Shown here in pieces: positions 27,967 through 37,553 of a DNA stretch of 64,000 nucleotides. The DNA is taken from NCBI GenBank assembly GCA_965205975.1, contig OZ242195.1, positions 960,001 through 1,024,000 of the forward strand, written 5' to 3'. The stretch is from Candidatus Latescibacterota bacterium. Lineage in GTDB: Bacteria; Latescibacterota; UBA2968. A program made the translations under genes and the position numbers. The notes below the pieces were generated by a model, which had not been told where the DNA came from, did no database searches, and saw only the letters and a list, made by a program, of their open reading frames with translations. How positions within the stretch are numbered: the stretch's first letter is position 1; each line of letters begins with the position of its first letter.

Positions 27967-29208
27967 ATGAAATACAGGCATTATTTCTTACTCGCTGTTG
28001 TGCTTTGCTTTTCTTCCGCACACGCGGATTGGCCCCAATGGCTGGGTCCCAATCGGACGGGTATTTCATCTGAAACGGGGTTGTTGACAATCTGGGCAAA
28101 AGATGGACCAGCGGTTGTGTGGGAAAAAGAACTCGGTGAGGGATTTTCCGGTATCTCGGTCGCAGATGGGCGGGTTTATACGATGTTTTCTGCCGGGGAG
28201 GACGAATTTGTCATTTGTCTGAATGAAAAAACGGGCGAGGAAATCTGGCGTTTCAGGACCGGTGCCAAATACTATGAGCGTCAAGGTGGGAACGGTCCCC
28301 GTTCTCAGCCTACTGTAGATGGTGATCGGGTTTTTGTGCTCAGTGCCGAGGGCTGGTTGTACGCGCTCAATGCAAAAGATGGGAAAAAACTCTGGCTGGT
28401 CGATCTTTACGATGGGTTGGGCAGTCGCGTGCCAAAATTCGGTTTTTCGACGTCGCCGCTGGTGGAAGGCGATTTGTTGCTTTTAGAGGTGGGCACACGG
28501 CAAGGGACGTTTATCGCTTTGGATAAGACCAATGGCGCTGTCAAGTGGGCGTCTCAAAACGATATTGTTTCTTATTCATCGCCTATTGCTGTAGATATTG
28601 CGGGTATTCGCCAGGTGGTTTTTGTTTCGGGCGAAGCCGCGGTGGGGCTTTCTCCCACGGATGGTTCGCTCTACTGGCGATTGCCCTGGTCCACATCTTA
28701 TGATCTGAATATTGCCACGCCAATTTTAGTGCCTCCAGATCACATCTTTATTTCTTCGGGTTATGACCACGGCGCAGCCCTGTTGCAAATTGAACCACAG
28801 GGAGATGGTTTGAGCGTTAAAAAGGTTTGGGAAAGCCGCGGCATGAAAAACCATTTTGGCACATCGCTCCTGATCGGCGACTATATCTACGGTTTTGACA
28901 ATGCAATTTTGAAATGTATTGAGGCAAAGACTGGCAAAGAACAGTGGAGACGCCGTGGATATGGTAAGGGGTCTCTTATTTATGCCGATGGACGGTTGAT
29001 CATTTTGAGCGATAAAGGCAAACTCGCTTTGGCAGATGTATCGCCCACAGAGTTTCGGGAAAAGGCCAGCGCGCAAGTGCTGTCGGGCAAATGCTGGACA
29101 CCACCAACACTTGCTAATGGGAAAATTTTTGTGCGCGATATGCACAGGATTGTATGCATGGATGTATCGGGTACGCAGGCGAAACCTGCGGATACGGAGA
29201 GCGAATAA
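27967..29208 (+). CDS. Exported PQQ-like beta-propeller protein
   Basis: Signal peptide (AHA-DW), WPQWLGPNRTG, GPRSQP, SYSSP, CWTPP. Confidence 0.88.
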   Translation: MKYRHYFLLAVVLCFSSAHADWPQWLGPNRTGISSETGLLTIWAKDGPAVVWEKELGEGFSGISVADGRVYTMFSAGEDEFVICLNEKTGEEIWRFRTGAKYYERQGGNGPRSQPTVDGDRVFVLSAEGWLYALNAKDGKKLWLVDLYDGLGSRVPKFGFSTSPLVEGDLLLLEVGTRQGTFIALDKTNGAVKWASQNDIVSYSSPIAVDIAGIRQVVFVSGEAAVGLSPTDGSLYWRLPWSTSYDLNIATPILVPPDHIFISSGYDHGAALLQIEPQGDGLSVKKVWESRGMKNHFGTSLLIGDYIYGFDNAILKCIEAKTGKEQWRRRGYGKGSLIYADGRLIILSDKGKLALADVSPTEFREKASAQVLSGKCWTPPTLANGKIFVRDMHRIVCMDVSGTQAKPADTESE

Positions 29209-29257
29209 TAGTCGGAAAAGGCCGGGGGACTGAGATCTGACAATTGGAGAAGCCGCA

Positions 29258-31378
29258 ATGCGTTATTTTCGACAGCTTTTGATTTTTGTCTGTGTTTTGA
29301 GCATGATGGGTAATCTTATTTTTGCGCAGAATACAGAAGAGGAAGAGAAGAAGGAAGAACTGCCCGTTTATGCGGGGGAAGAGATTGTGGTGACGGAGAG
29401 CAAGGAAAAAGTGCCTACCGTGAGCACGATCGCGACGAAGATTCCCGTTCCGATCCGCTTGACGCCGGCGAGTATCGGTGTAGTCAATCACGGATTATTT
29501 CAACATCAAAGCGGCGTGGTTTTGGGGGATGCACTGCGAAATGTGAGCGGGGTCAATATCCAGACTGTATTTGGCGTTACGGATTTCTTTGTCATTCGCG
29601 GATTTGATTCTCTTTCCAGCGGGCTGGTGCTCACCGATGGCGCATCGGAGCCGGAAGCCACGTTTTACAATCTCTACAATCTGGAGCGCGTGGAGGTGCT
29701 CAAGGGTCCGGGGGCATTTTTATACGGCGGCAATCCGCTTTCTGGATCGGTAAATCTGAGTCGCAAACAACCGATTTTTACAAATGCGCTCCAGATCGGA
29801 GGTTCTTACGGTCCGTACAAGACGGGGCGCGGAACAGTAGATGCAAATTGGGCGGATGTCGATCAGGGTATTGCCTTGCGCGTCAATGCACTACGGCAGG
29901 TGTCTGATAGCTATCGAGACGATAAAGACAGCGGTTTGTGGGCTGTGAATCCCGCGGCGACGTGGCGGCCCAGTGACAAAACCACAGTGACCGCCAATTT
30001 CGAATATGTCACCAGCAGGTACAAATCGGATGCGGGCCTTCCCATTATTAATGGGGTGGTCGCAGATGTGCCGCGCACACAATCGTATCAATCGCCTTTT
30101 GATGCGTCCGATCAAGATATTTATCGGGCGCGCGTCGATCTTCACTCTCGCTTGTCGCGACAGGTCACGCTTCGCAACAAGTTCTATTATACCGATTTTT
30201 CATGGATATCTCAGGGTACGTTGTTCAGCGGCGTTTTTCCCAATGCTCAGGGGAGTCTGGATATTTTGCGATCACTCGTTCTTTTGGATGACCGTCAGAA
30301 AGTGTTGGGCAATCAGTTTGAGTTTTTATCTACATTCCGCACGGGACACGTAGAACACACGCTGCTTACCGGACTGGAATTGATGCAGTGGAAAGACAAA
30401 TTTACCTTAGATGTGGCTGCTTTGCCCAATATCGACGTGTTCACCCCCGTGGAAACTGCGAGCCAGCCATTTTTTATTATTCCAGGGCAATCGCAGGGGG
30501 CGGATTCAAAAAGTCTCGTTGTCGCGCCTTATGTCGTGAATCGCATTGTCTTTTGTCCATGCTATGAGGCATTTGTAGGTGTGCGATATGACCGCATTGA
30601 TTACGATGATCCCATGACTTCCACGTCTCGCAATTACAACAAACTGAGTCCTATGGCAGGTATGGTGTTTTCGCTTAAGGAGGATCTCTCGTTTTACGCC
30701 AATGTGGGTAAAGCATTTGCGCCTCCTTCGAGCCTGGTCGCAGGCCCGCGAGAGACCGAAGAGAGTTTTCAGATGGAAGTGGGCGCGAAAAAATACTTGT
30801 TGGACGACCGCCTGCACGCGAGTTTTGCCGTTTATCATTTGGCAAAAGACAACATCGGAATCCCCGATGCGACAGGTGTCACACAGCAAGATGGCGATCA
30901 ACGGTCTCGCGGTGTCGAGCTGGAGATGATGGTGCGCCCCGTGAGAAATTGGCACACATTTTTGTCCTACTCATTTTCCAATGCCACACTCACACGTTTT
31001 GCCGAGTTTGTTCCCGTGTTTACGCAGACGGGTATTACATACCAGCTTATGGATCGTTCGGGAAATAGGGCGGCTTTTTCGCCACGCCATATTTTCAATG
31101 TGTGGACAGCGAGGGGATTTGACAACGGGTTGGAATTTGGGATTGGCGCGCGCTATGTCACCAACCAGTTTATTGCCGCAGACAATCAATTTCAAATTGG
31201 GAATGTATTGACGCTGGATGCATCCGCGTCTTATACGTACAAGCAGATGAAATTTCGGATTAATGCGAAAAATTTAACCAATCGGGAATACGAAACGCAG
31301 GGTAGCCTTGGCGCTCCCACCTCAGTTATTCCGGCCAATCCATTTGGCCTGTATTGCGCTTTTGAAGTCAATATTTGA
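29258..31378 (+). CDS. TonB-dependent outer-membrane receptor (siderophore-receptor-like)
   Basis: Signal peptide, TonB box EEIVVT, plug motif LERVEVLKGPGAFLYG, RSRGVELE, KNLTNREY. Confidence 0.92.
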   Translation: MRYFRQLLIFVCVLSMMGNLIFAQNTEEEEKKEELPVYAGEEIVVTESKEKVPTVSTIATKIPVPIRLTPASIGVVNHGLFQHQSGVVLGDALRNVSGVNIQTVFGVTDFFVIRGFDSLSSGLVLTDGASEPEATFYNLYNLERVEVLKGPGAFLYGGNPLSGSVNLSRKQPIFTNALQIGGSYGPYKTGRGTVDANWADVDQGIALRVNALRQVSDSYRDDKDSGLWAVNPAATWRPSDKTTVTANFEYVTSRYKSDAGLPIINGVVADVPRTQSYQSPFDASDQDIYRARVDLHSRLSRQVTLRNKFYYTDFSWISQGTLFSGVFPNAQGSLDILRSLVLLDDRQKVLGNQFEFLSTFRTGHVEHTLLTGLELMQWKDKFTLDVAALPNIDVFTPVETASQPFFIIPGQSQGADSKSLVVAPYVVNRIVFCPCYEAFVGVRYDRIDYDDPMTSTSRNYNKLSPMAGMVFSLKEDLSFYANVGKAFAPPSSLVAGPRETEESFQMEVGAKKYLLDDRLHASFAVYHLAKDNIGIPDATGVTQQDGDQRSRGVELEMMVRPVRNWHTFLSYSFSNATLTRFAEFVPVFTQTGITYQLMDRSGNRAAFSPRHIFNVWTARGFDNGLEFGIGARYVTNQFIAADNQFQIGNVLTLDASASYTYKQMKFRINAKNLTNREYETQGSLGAPTSVIPANPFGLYCAFEVNI

Positions 31379-31381
31379 ACT

Positions 31382-32650
31382 ATGCCCGACTTGACCACAG
31401 ACCGAAATGCGCTCTGGCAGCGGCAGTTGAAGCGGTTGCGAGGTATGCTGTCTTCAGTGCTGAATGGCAATGATTTTTATCGCAATAAGTTGAACCGGGT
31501 GGGTATTTATCGACCCGAGGATATTCAGACGCGCGATGATTACAGGCGGTTGCCCTTCACGACTAAAGCTGAATTATCGGCTGACCAGATGGCGTATCCC
31601 CCTTATGGCAGCAATGTGACTTTTCCGCCAGATCACTATATTCGCGTCCATCAAACATCGGGGACTACGGGAGAGCCTTTGAACTGGTTGGATACGGCAG
31701 AGAGTTGGGATTGGTTTGCGCGTTGCTGGACTTATGTGTATCGCGGAGCGGGCGTGACGGCAAATGACAGACTGTTTTTTGCCTTTTCCTTTGGCCCTTT
31801 TATCGGATTCTGGACCGGGCATGAGAGCGCGCGTTTAATGGGTGCGATGTCCATCTCTGGGGGTTCCATGTCGTCGATTCAGCGTTTGCAAGCGATTCAG
31901 GATCATCGGGTTACTGTTCTGATCTGTACGCCGACATATGCTCTGCATCTGGCAGAGGTGGCTGAGGCAGAAGGCATTGATATTGCAGGTGGAAGTGTTC
32001 GGACTGCGATTCACGCAGGCGAACCCGGTGCGGGATTGCCTGCGACCAGACAGCGCATTGAGGAGGCTTGGGGAGCGCGTTGTTATGACCACGCAGGGGC
32101 GACTGAAGTGGGTGCGTGGGGATTTGAGTGTGCGTTTCGAGATGGCATGCATATAAACGAATCTGAATTTATTTGCGAAGTGATCGATCCCGATACGGGC
32201 GAGCAAGCGAGAGAGGGGGAGTTGGTGCTTACCAATTTGGGACGCACTGGCATGCCCGTTATTCGCTATCGCACGGGAGATCGCGTAAAGCTGCATGCGG
32301 GAATCTGTGATTGCGGTTCGAGTTTTTCGCGTCTCGAAGGGGGCGTGATTGGACGTATCGATGATGCGTTGATTATTCGCGGCGTCAATTTTTATCCCAG
32401 CGCGATTGAAAATATCGTACGGAAGTTTTCCGAAGTGACAGAGTTTGCAGTGGATATCTACCGACAAGGCGAAATGGATGATATGCAAATTCGTATTGAG
32501 TTAAATGGTGGAGAACCGGGTTCAATTTCCGATGCGATAGGTAGAGAGGTGCGACATATTCTGGGCATACGCGCTGGCGTTCAGATAGTACCGGGTAATA
32601 CCTTGCCGAGATTTGAGTTGAAAGCGAGACGGTTTACTGATCATCGTTAA
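31382..32650 (+). CDS. Phenylacetate-CoA ligase (PaaK) family aryl-CoA ligase
   Basis: LPFTTK, QTSGTTGEP, CTPTY, AGEPG, GATEVG, IRYRTGD, GRIDDALIIRGVNFYP, KARRFTDHR. Confidence 0.9.
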   Translation: MPDLTTDRNALWQRQLKRLRGMLSSVLNGNDFYRNKLNRVGIYRPEDIQTRDDYRRLPFTTKAELSADQMAYPPYGSNVTFPPDHYIRVHQTSGTTGEPLNWLDTAESWDWFARCWTYVYRGAGVTANDRLFFAFSFGPFIGFWTGHESARLMGAMSISGGSMSSIQRLQAIQDHRVTVLICTPTYALHLAEVAEAEGIDIAGGSVRTAIHAGEPGAGLPATRQRIEEAWGARCYDHAGATEVGAWGFECAFRDGMHINESEFICEVIDPDTGEQAREGELVLTNLGRTGMPVIRYRTGDRVKLHAGICDCGSSFSRLEGGVIGRIDDALIIRGVNFYPSAIENIVRKFSEVTEFAVDIYRQGEMDDMQIRIELNGGEPGSISDAIGREVRHILGIRAGVQIVPGNTLPRFELKARRFTDHR

Positions 32651-32665
32651 AAAGCAACCACAATA

Positions 32666-33004
32666 ATGCATATTGCACAGCGAAGAGAGATACAAATCTA
32701 CCGTGCCTCAAATGGTCGGGAGCCTTTCACTGAATGGTTGAAATCACTTCGAGATCGAAGAGCGCGAAAACAGATTCAAGTTCGACTTGACCGCCTTGAA
32801 ACTGGTAATTTAGGCGATTACAGATCCGTTGGAGACGGAGTATTTGAACTCCGTCTCCAAGTTGGCCCAGGTTATCGAGTCTATTTTGGAGAAGTAGATA
32901 ATACCATTATTCTCCTCCTTTGCGGCGGAGATAAATCCTCGCAAGTTAGAGATATTGAACAGGCAAAAGCCTATTGGAGAGAATACAAGGAGTTTCGGAA
33001 ATGA
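32666..33004 (+). CDS. RelE/HigB family toxin (addiction module killer protein type)
   Basis: GREPFTEWLKSLRD, GNLGDYRSVGDGVFELR, GPGYRVYF, LLLCGGDKSSQ. Confidence 0.93.
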   Translation: MHIAQRREIQIYRASNGREPFTEWLKSLRDRRARKQIQVRLDRLETGNLGDYRSVGDGVFELRLQVGPGYRVYFGEVDNTIILLLCGGDKSSQVRDIEQAKAYWREYKEFRK

Positions 33005-33309
33005 GAAAAATGAGAAAGTACCGCGATTACTTAATTGAAGAACTTTCTGACCGTGAGGAGGCGATTGCCTATCTCCAAGCATCCTTGGAAGAATACGAGA
33101 AGGACGGTAATACTTCAGCCCTTCTGTTAGCACTTCGAAGTATCGCCGAAGCGCAGGGTGGACGAGTTGAGGAACTGCTAAAAGATATAGAGGCAGATAT
33201 CCAGTGGGATGAAACGCTGGCAAAATCTCCCGATGTGCTGGCTGCACTCGCAGAGAAGGCTAAAGAGGAATATAGAGCGGGGCGAACAAAACAACTGACA
33301 AACCTTTAG
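33001..33309 (+). CDS. Antitoxin, apparently chimeric (addiction-module antidote N-terminus, no HTH)
   Basis: ATGA overlap with the toxin; N-terminus AIAYLQASLEE..LLLALRSIAEAQGG, then WDETLAKSPDVLAALAEKAKEEYRAGRT. Confidence 0.75.
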   Translation: MRKMRKYRDYLIEELSDREEAIAYLQASLEEYEKDGNTSALLLALRSIAEAQGGRVEELLKDIEADIQWDETLAKSPDVLAALAEKAKEEYRAGRTKQLTNL

Positions 33310-33319
33310 GATTTATTTT

Positions 33320-34567
33320 ATGATTTCAGATCATTACGATGTCATTATCATTGGTGGGGGACCTGCGGGAAGCACTACAGCTGCGCTTGTCGCTGAATAT
33401 GGGCACCGCGTGTTGTTGCTGGAGCGGGAGGAGTTTCCCAGGTTTCAGATTGGCGAGTCCCTGATGCCGGGTACTTACTGGTCATTCAAGCGGCTGGGGC
33501 TGCTGGATAAGCTGAAAAAAAGTGAGTTTGTCAAAAAGTACAGCGTTCAGTTTTTCAGCGGGTCGGGAAAAGGCTCTGCGCCATTTTATTTTCACTTACA
33601 CGATCCCCACGAAAGTTCTATCACGTATCAGGTATTGCGCAGTGAATTTGATCTTATGATGATGGATAATGCCCGTGAGAAAGGTGCCGAGGTTGAGCAG
33701 GGGGCGAGTGTGCATCAGGTGCATTTTAGTGGGGACAGGGCAACGGGTGTGCAGGTGAGATACCGCGATGGACAGATCAAAGATATATCTGCCAGTGTTA
33801 TTGTAGATGCAACGGGACGAAGCGCGCTTATTTCGAGAAGGCTAAAGATCAAGACGATTGAGCCAAAGCTCAAAAAGGCATCTATTTTCACGCACTACAA
33901 AGGCGCGTTTCGCGATGCGGGTATTGACGAGGGTGCAACGCTGATTTTACATACGCGTGACAAGGATTCCTGGTTCTGGTACATCCCGCTGGCAGATGAT
34001 GTGGTCAGTGTGGGCGTTGTTGGGGGATTGGATTATTTGTTGCAAAACCGCAAGAGAAATCCCCAGGAAATTTTCGAAGAAGAGTTAGCAAAGTGTACCC
34101 GCATGCAAGAACGGCTCGCGGGAGCCGAGCAGTTGTTTCCCATGAAAGTCACGCAGGACTTTTCATACCGATCCAACACTGTCGCAGGTGAGGGATGGGT
34201 GCTGGTGGGTGATGCTTTTGGTTTTATCGATCCCGTGTATTCTTCGGGTGTGTTCCTCGCGCTCAAATCGGGCGAGATGGCCGCTGATGCGATACACGAA
34301 GCCATTGAGAAGCGCGATTTCTCTGCCGATCAACTCGGCAAATGGGGACCAGAATTTCTTCCGGGCATGGAGGCGATTCGCAAATTGGTCTATGCTTTTT
34401 ATACCAGAGATTTCAGTTTTGCCAAATTTTTAAAAGCGCATCCAGAATGTATAGATGGCATTATCAATATCTTAAAAGGCAATGTCTATCGCGAGGATGT
34501 CACCCCTATTTTTGAACCTATGGGACAAATGTGCGATCTGCCCGAGACTGTGGATCACTATTCCTAA
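33320..34567 (+). CDS. FAD-dependent oxidoreductase of the flavin-dependent halogenase family
   Basis: GGGPAG, FPRFQIGESL, FVKKY (candidate catalytic Lys), WFWYIP (WxWxIP), GDAFGFIDPVYSSGV (FxxPxxSxG). Confidence 0.82.
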   Translation: MISDHYDVIIIGGGPAGSTTAALVAEYGHRVLLLEREEFPRFQIGESLMPGTYWSFKRLGLLDKLKKSEFVKKYSVQFFSGSGKGSAPFYFHLHDPHESSITYQVLRSEFDLMMMDNAREKGAEVEQGASVHQVHFSGDRATGVQVRYRDGQIKDISASVIVDATGRSALISRRLKIKTIEPKLKKASIFTHYKGAFRDAGIDEGATLILHTRDKDSWFWYIPLADDVVSVGVVGGLDYLLQNRKRNPQEIFEEELAKCTRMQERLAGAEQLFPMKVTQDFSYRSNTVAGEGWVLVGDAFGFIDPVYSSGVFLALKSGEMAADAIHEAIEKRDFSADQLGKWGPEFLPGMEAIRKLVYAFYTRDFSFAKFLKAHPECIDGIINILKGNVYREDVTPIFEPMGQMCDLPETVDHYS

Positions 34568-34586
34568 TTCCTAATCCTAATTCCTA
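34561..34586 (+). repeat. Short degenerate heptamer tandem (TTCCTAA)n bridging two genes
   Basis: ttcctaa ttcctaa tcctaa ttccta-tg; contains the halogenase stop and runs into the glycosyltransferase start. Confidence 0.6.
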
Positions 34587-35887
34587 TGCGAATTGCTTAT
34601 ATTGCCGCGGGTGCGGCGGGTATGTATTGTGGCAGTTGTATTCACGACAATGCGCTGGCCTCTGCGCTTCAGCGGAAGGGGATAGATTTCGCGCTTGTTC
34701 CGACGTACACGCCCCTGCGTACCGATGAACCGGGCGCGAGTATTAATCGGGTGTTTTACGGCGGCATAAATGTTTATCTCCAGCAGAAAATGGGTATTTT
34801 TCGACACACGCCCTCTTTTGTCGATAGATTATTGAATAGCCGAACACTGCTCAATAGTCTCGCCCGTTTTAGCGGATCAACGCGTGCGGAAGACCTCGGC
34901 ACGCTCACAGTTTCGGTTTTAGAGGGGGAAGAAGGCGCGCAAAAAAAAGAACTCGCAAAGCTGGTGCGCTGGTTGAAAGAGGACTTTCGACCAGACCTCG
35001 TGCAATTGACCAATTCGATGTTTTTGGGCATGGCCAGAGAAATGAAACGGGAACTCGGTATTCCCGTTTTGTGTTCTCTGCAAGGCGAAGATATTTTTCT
35101 CGAAGGATTGATAGAACCCTACAAATCGGACGCGCGGCAGTGCTTACGAGATCGAGCAAAAGATGTCGATGGATTTGTCGCCACTTGTGATTATTATGCC
35201 GATTTTATGGCCGATTATCTCGATGTGCCGCGCAATCGCATTCACGTCGCGCCTTTGGGTATCAAATTAGACGGACATGGAGAAAGCGGTGTAAAGCCGG
35301 ACTCATTGCCTTTTGCGATTGGTTATCTCGCCCGAATATGTCCCGAGAAAGGGTTGCATGTGCTGGTCGATGCGTTTCATCAACTGGCTGAACAAGTCGG
35401 TAAGGAGAATGTAAGACTCAGTGTTGCCGGTTATCTGGGACAAAGAGACGCACCGTATTTTCAGCACGTATGCGAACAAATTACATCCCGGGGACTTTCC
35501 GATGTTTTTGATTATCGCGGGGAAGTCAATCGAGAAGAAAAAATTGCATTCCTGAATAGCATCCATATCTTATCTGTGCCAACGCCTTATAAAGAACCCA
35601 AGGGGCTATCGCTGCTCGAAGCTATGGCCAATGGCGTTCCCGTTGTTCAGCCCCGGCACGGTATTTTCCCAGAATGGATTGAAAAAACGGGTGGGGGAAT
35701 TCTGGTAGAGCCAGATTCTTCAGAGGCTCTGGCGGCGGGGTTGCTGCGGCTGATGAATGACGCAGAGGGGCGAGAGGCGATGGGGCAAAAAGGGAAAGAA
35801 GCAGTGCATAAAAATTTTAGCGACGACGATATGGCGGAAGCAACACTGGCGGTATATCGACAGTATGTGACGGATTCAAAAACTTAA
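34586..35887 (+). CDS. Glycosyltransferase family 4 (GT-B fold)
   Basis: IGYLARICPEKGL and EPKGLSLLEAMANGVPVV (Ex7E); unusual N-terminal MYCGSC. Confidence 0.9.
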   Translation: MRIAYIAAGAAGMYCGSCIHDNALASALQRKGIDFALVPTYTPLRTDEPGASINRVFYGGINVYLQQKMGIFRHTPSFVDRLLNSRTLLNSLARFSGSTRAEDLGTLTVSVLEGEEGAQKKELAKLVRWLKEDFRPDLVQLTNSMFLGMAREMKRELGIPVLCSLQGEDIFLEGLIEPYKSDARQCLRDRAKDVDGFVATCDYYADFMADYLDVPRNRIHVAPLGIKLDGHGESGVKPDSLPFAIGYLARICPEKGLHVLVDAFHQLAEQVGKENVRLSVAGYLGQRDAPYFQHVCEQITSRGLSDVFDYRGEVNREEKIAFLNSIHILSVPTPYKEPKGLSLLEAMANGVPVVQPRHGIFPEWIEKTGGGILVEPDSSEALAAGLLRLMNDAEGREAMGQKGKEAVHKNFSDDDMAEATLAVYRQYVTDSKT

Positions 35888-35900
35888 TACAGGAGGGCAA

Positions 35901-36392
35901 ATGCCGACTTCATCTACTGGGCTTACGTGGTTGATTTTTGCGTTGTTGACTGTGGGATCGTGGGGTTTGTACGGGATTTTTCTGCATACTGGTCAGATCG
36001 CTATGGGCGATCCCGACAATGGACGCTATAAGGCGTTTCTGTTTGTGGGTATTGCCTATCTTGTGACGGCTGTTATTGGATCTCTCATTGTGCTGGCGAT
36101 CAACGGATCGGACTGGTCATTTCCGACAAAGGGGCTAACATGGTCGCTGCTGGCTGGTACTGTGGGTGCTATTGGCGCGTTTGGTGTGCTCCTCGCCTTT
36201 GGTGCTAAGGGGACGCCACCCGTGGTTATGTCCATTGTTTTTGCTGGCGCGCCCATGGTCAATGCTATCGTCTCTCTCATTATGCATCCGCCAGCAGGTG
36301 GATGGGGCGGTTTGAACTGGCAATTTGTGTTGGGTATTATATTGGCCGCGCTGGGAGGGTGTCTGGTGACTTTATTTAAACCTTCGTCTTGA
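35901..36392 (+). CDS. Small five-TM membrane protein (DMT/EamA-like)
   Basis: 163 aa with about five hydrophobic helices; strong SD AGGAGG. Confidence 0.7.
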   Translation: MPTSSTGLTWLIFALLTVGSWGLYGIFLHTGQIAMGDPDNGRYKAFLFVGIAYLVTAVIGSLIVLAINGSDWSFPTKGLTWSLLAGTVGAIGAFGVLLAFGAKGTPPVVMSIVFAGAPMVNAIVSLIMHPPAGGWGGLNWQFVLGIILAALGGCLVTLFKPSS

Positions 36393-36403
36393 TAGATAGC
36401 ACT

Positions 36404-36841
36404 ATGCACAGTGAATTCCACACCACTCGCAGGGTAGAATTTTCCGATACGGACATGGCCGGGATTGTACATTTTTCCCGGTTTTTTGTCTTTATGGAAG
36501 CGGCTGAGCATGCTTTTTTGCGCGCGTTGGATACGAGTGTTTCAACAGAATGGGATGGAAATAAAATTGGATGGCCGAGGTTGGAGGCAACGTGTACATA
36601 TCTCAGTCCAGCCGTATTTGAAGATGTGCTGGATATTCATCTGAAGGTGATACGCAAAGGCACAAAATCGCTGACCTATCGGTTTGATTTTTTTCGCGGA
36701 GAGACGGCGATTGCCAGCGGAGAATTGAGTACGGTATGTTGTATATGCAATCCCGGCGAAAAAATCAGGTCCATACCGATTCCAGATTTTATTGCGGATC
36801 AGATCGCGGATGAAGCAGATGGCGCAGATAGATGCGGATGA
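36404..36841 (+). CDS. Hotdog-fold acyl-CoA thioesterase (4HBT/YbgC family)
   Basis: RVEFSDTDMAGIVHF, YLSPAVFED, SIPIPD. Confidence 0.9.
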   Translation: MHSEFHTTRRVEFSDTDMAGIVHFSRFFVFMEAAEHAFLRALDTSVSTEWDGNKIGWPRLEATCTYLSPAVFEDVLDIHLKVIRKGTKSLTYRFDFFRGETAIASGELSTVCCICNPGEKIRSIPIPDFIADQIADEADGADRCG

Positions 36842-36852
36842 AGATCGAGAAT

Positions 36853-36879
36853 GTAGGGGCGCGGCCCCTGTGCCCGCCC
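36853..36879 (+). repeat. GTAG-type REP-like palindrome
   Basis: GTAGGGGCGCGGCCCCTGTGCCCGCCC between the thioesterase and ABC ATPase genes; degenerate GCAGATGG-type units just upstream at 36816-36841. Confidence 0.55.
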
Positions 36880-36899
36880 GAATATTTAAGAGGTCGCAA

Positions 36900-37553
36900 A
36901 TGGCACTAAAAGTTGAAAATCTTTCCAAACACTTTGGGGATGTACATGTTCTGCAGGATATATCTTTTGAAATGGCAATGGGGCAATCGCTGAGTGTTAT
37001 GGGTCCTTCGGGGTCGGGGAAGAGTACCTTGTTGCATGTGCTGGGTACGCTGGACCGACCATCTGGGGGTAGCCTCGAAATTGAGGGGCAGGATCCCTTC
37101 GCATTATCTGAAATCGAACTCGCGCGGTTTAGAAATCAGGGTATTGGATTTGTGTTTCAAGAGCATCATCTTTTGCCGCAATACTCGATTCTGGAAAATG
37201 TCTTGATCCCGACACTGGCATTTAGAAATGGCGATGCGCGAGACCGCGCCCGAGAGATTATTGATCGTGTGGGTTTGTCGCATCGCATTGATCACAGGCC
37301 AGCTGAATTATCTGGCGGCGAGCGACAGCGCACAGCTGTTGCGCGTGCGCTTATCAATTCCCCGGCATTGCTCTTGTGCGACGAACCAACGGGTAGCCTG
37401 GATGGGGCGCGAGCAGAGGAAATAGCCGATTTGCTGTTTGAATTGCACGAGCGAGAAAATAATATCCTGATCTGTGCAACGCACAGTACGGCGCTTGCCC
37501 ATCGCTTTGAGCGGCGGTTTGATTTGCAGGGGGGAACGTGCGTCGAAGTCTGA
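36900..37553 (+). CDS. ABC transporter ATP-binding protein (LolD/MacB type)
   Basis: GPSGSGKST, GFVFQEHHLL, LSGGERQR, LLCDEPTG, ATH. Confidence 0.93.
   Translation: MALKVENLSKHFGDVHVLQDISFEMAMGQSLSVMGPSGSGKSTLLHVLGTLDRPSGGSLEIEGQDPFALSEIELARFRNQGIGFVFQEHHLLPQYSILENVLIPTLAFRNGDARDRAREIIDRVGLSHRIDHRPAELSGGERQRTAVARALINSPALLLCDEPTGSLDGARAEEIADLLFELHERENNILICATHSTALAHRFERRFDLQGGTCVEV

Noticed and set aside
16838..29208. Assigning bamB or a PQQ alcohol/glucose dehydrogenase to the propellers
   Set aside because: No lipobox or bam/der context, no recognisable quinoprotein catalytic signatures and no pqq genes.
31382..32650. Assigning paaK and phenylacetate catabolism
   Set aside because: Family motifs fit but no other paa genes are present, so the substrate is unknown.
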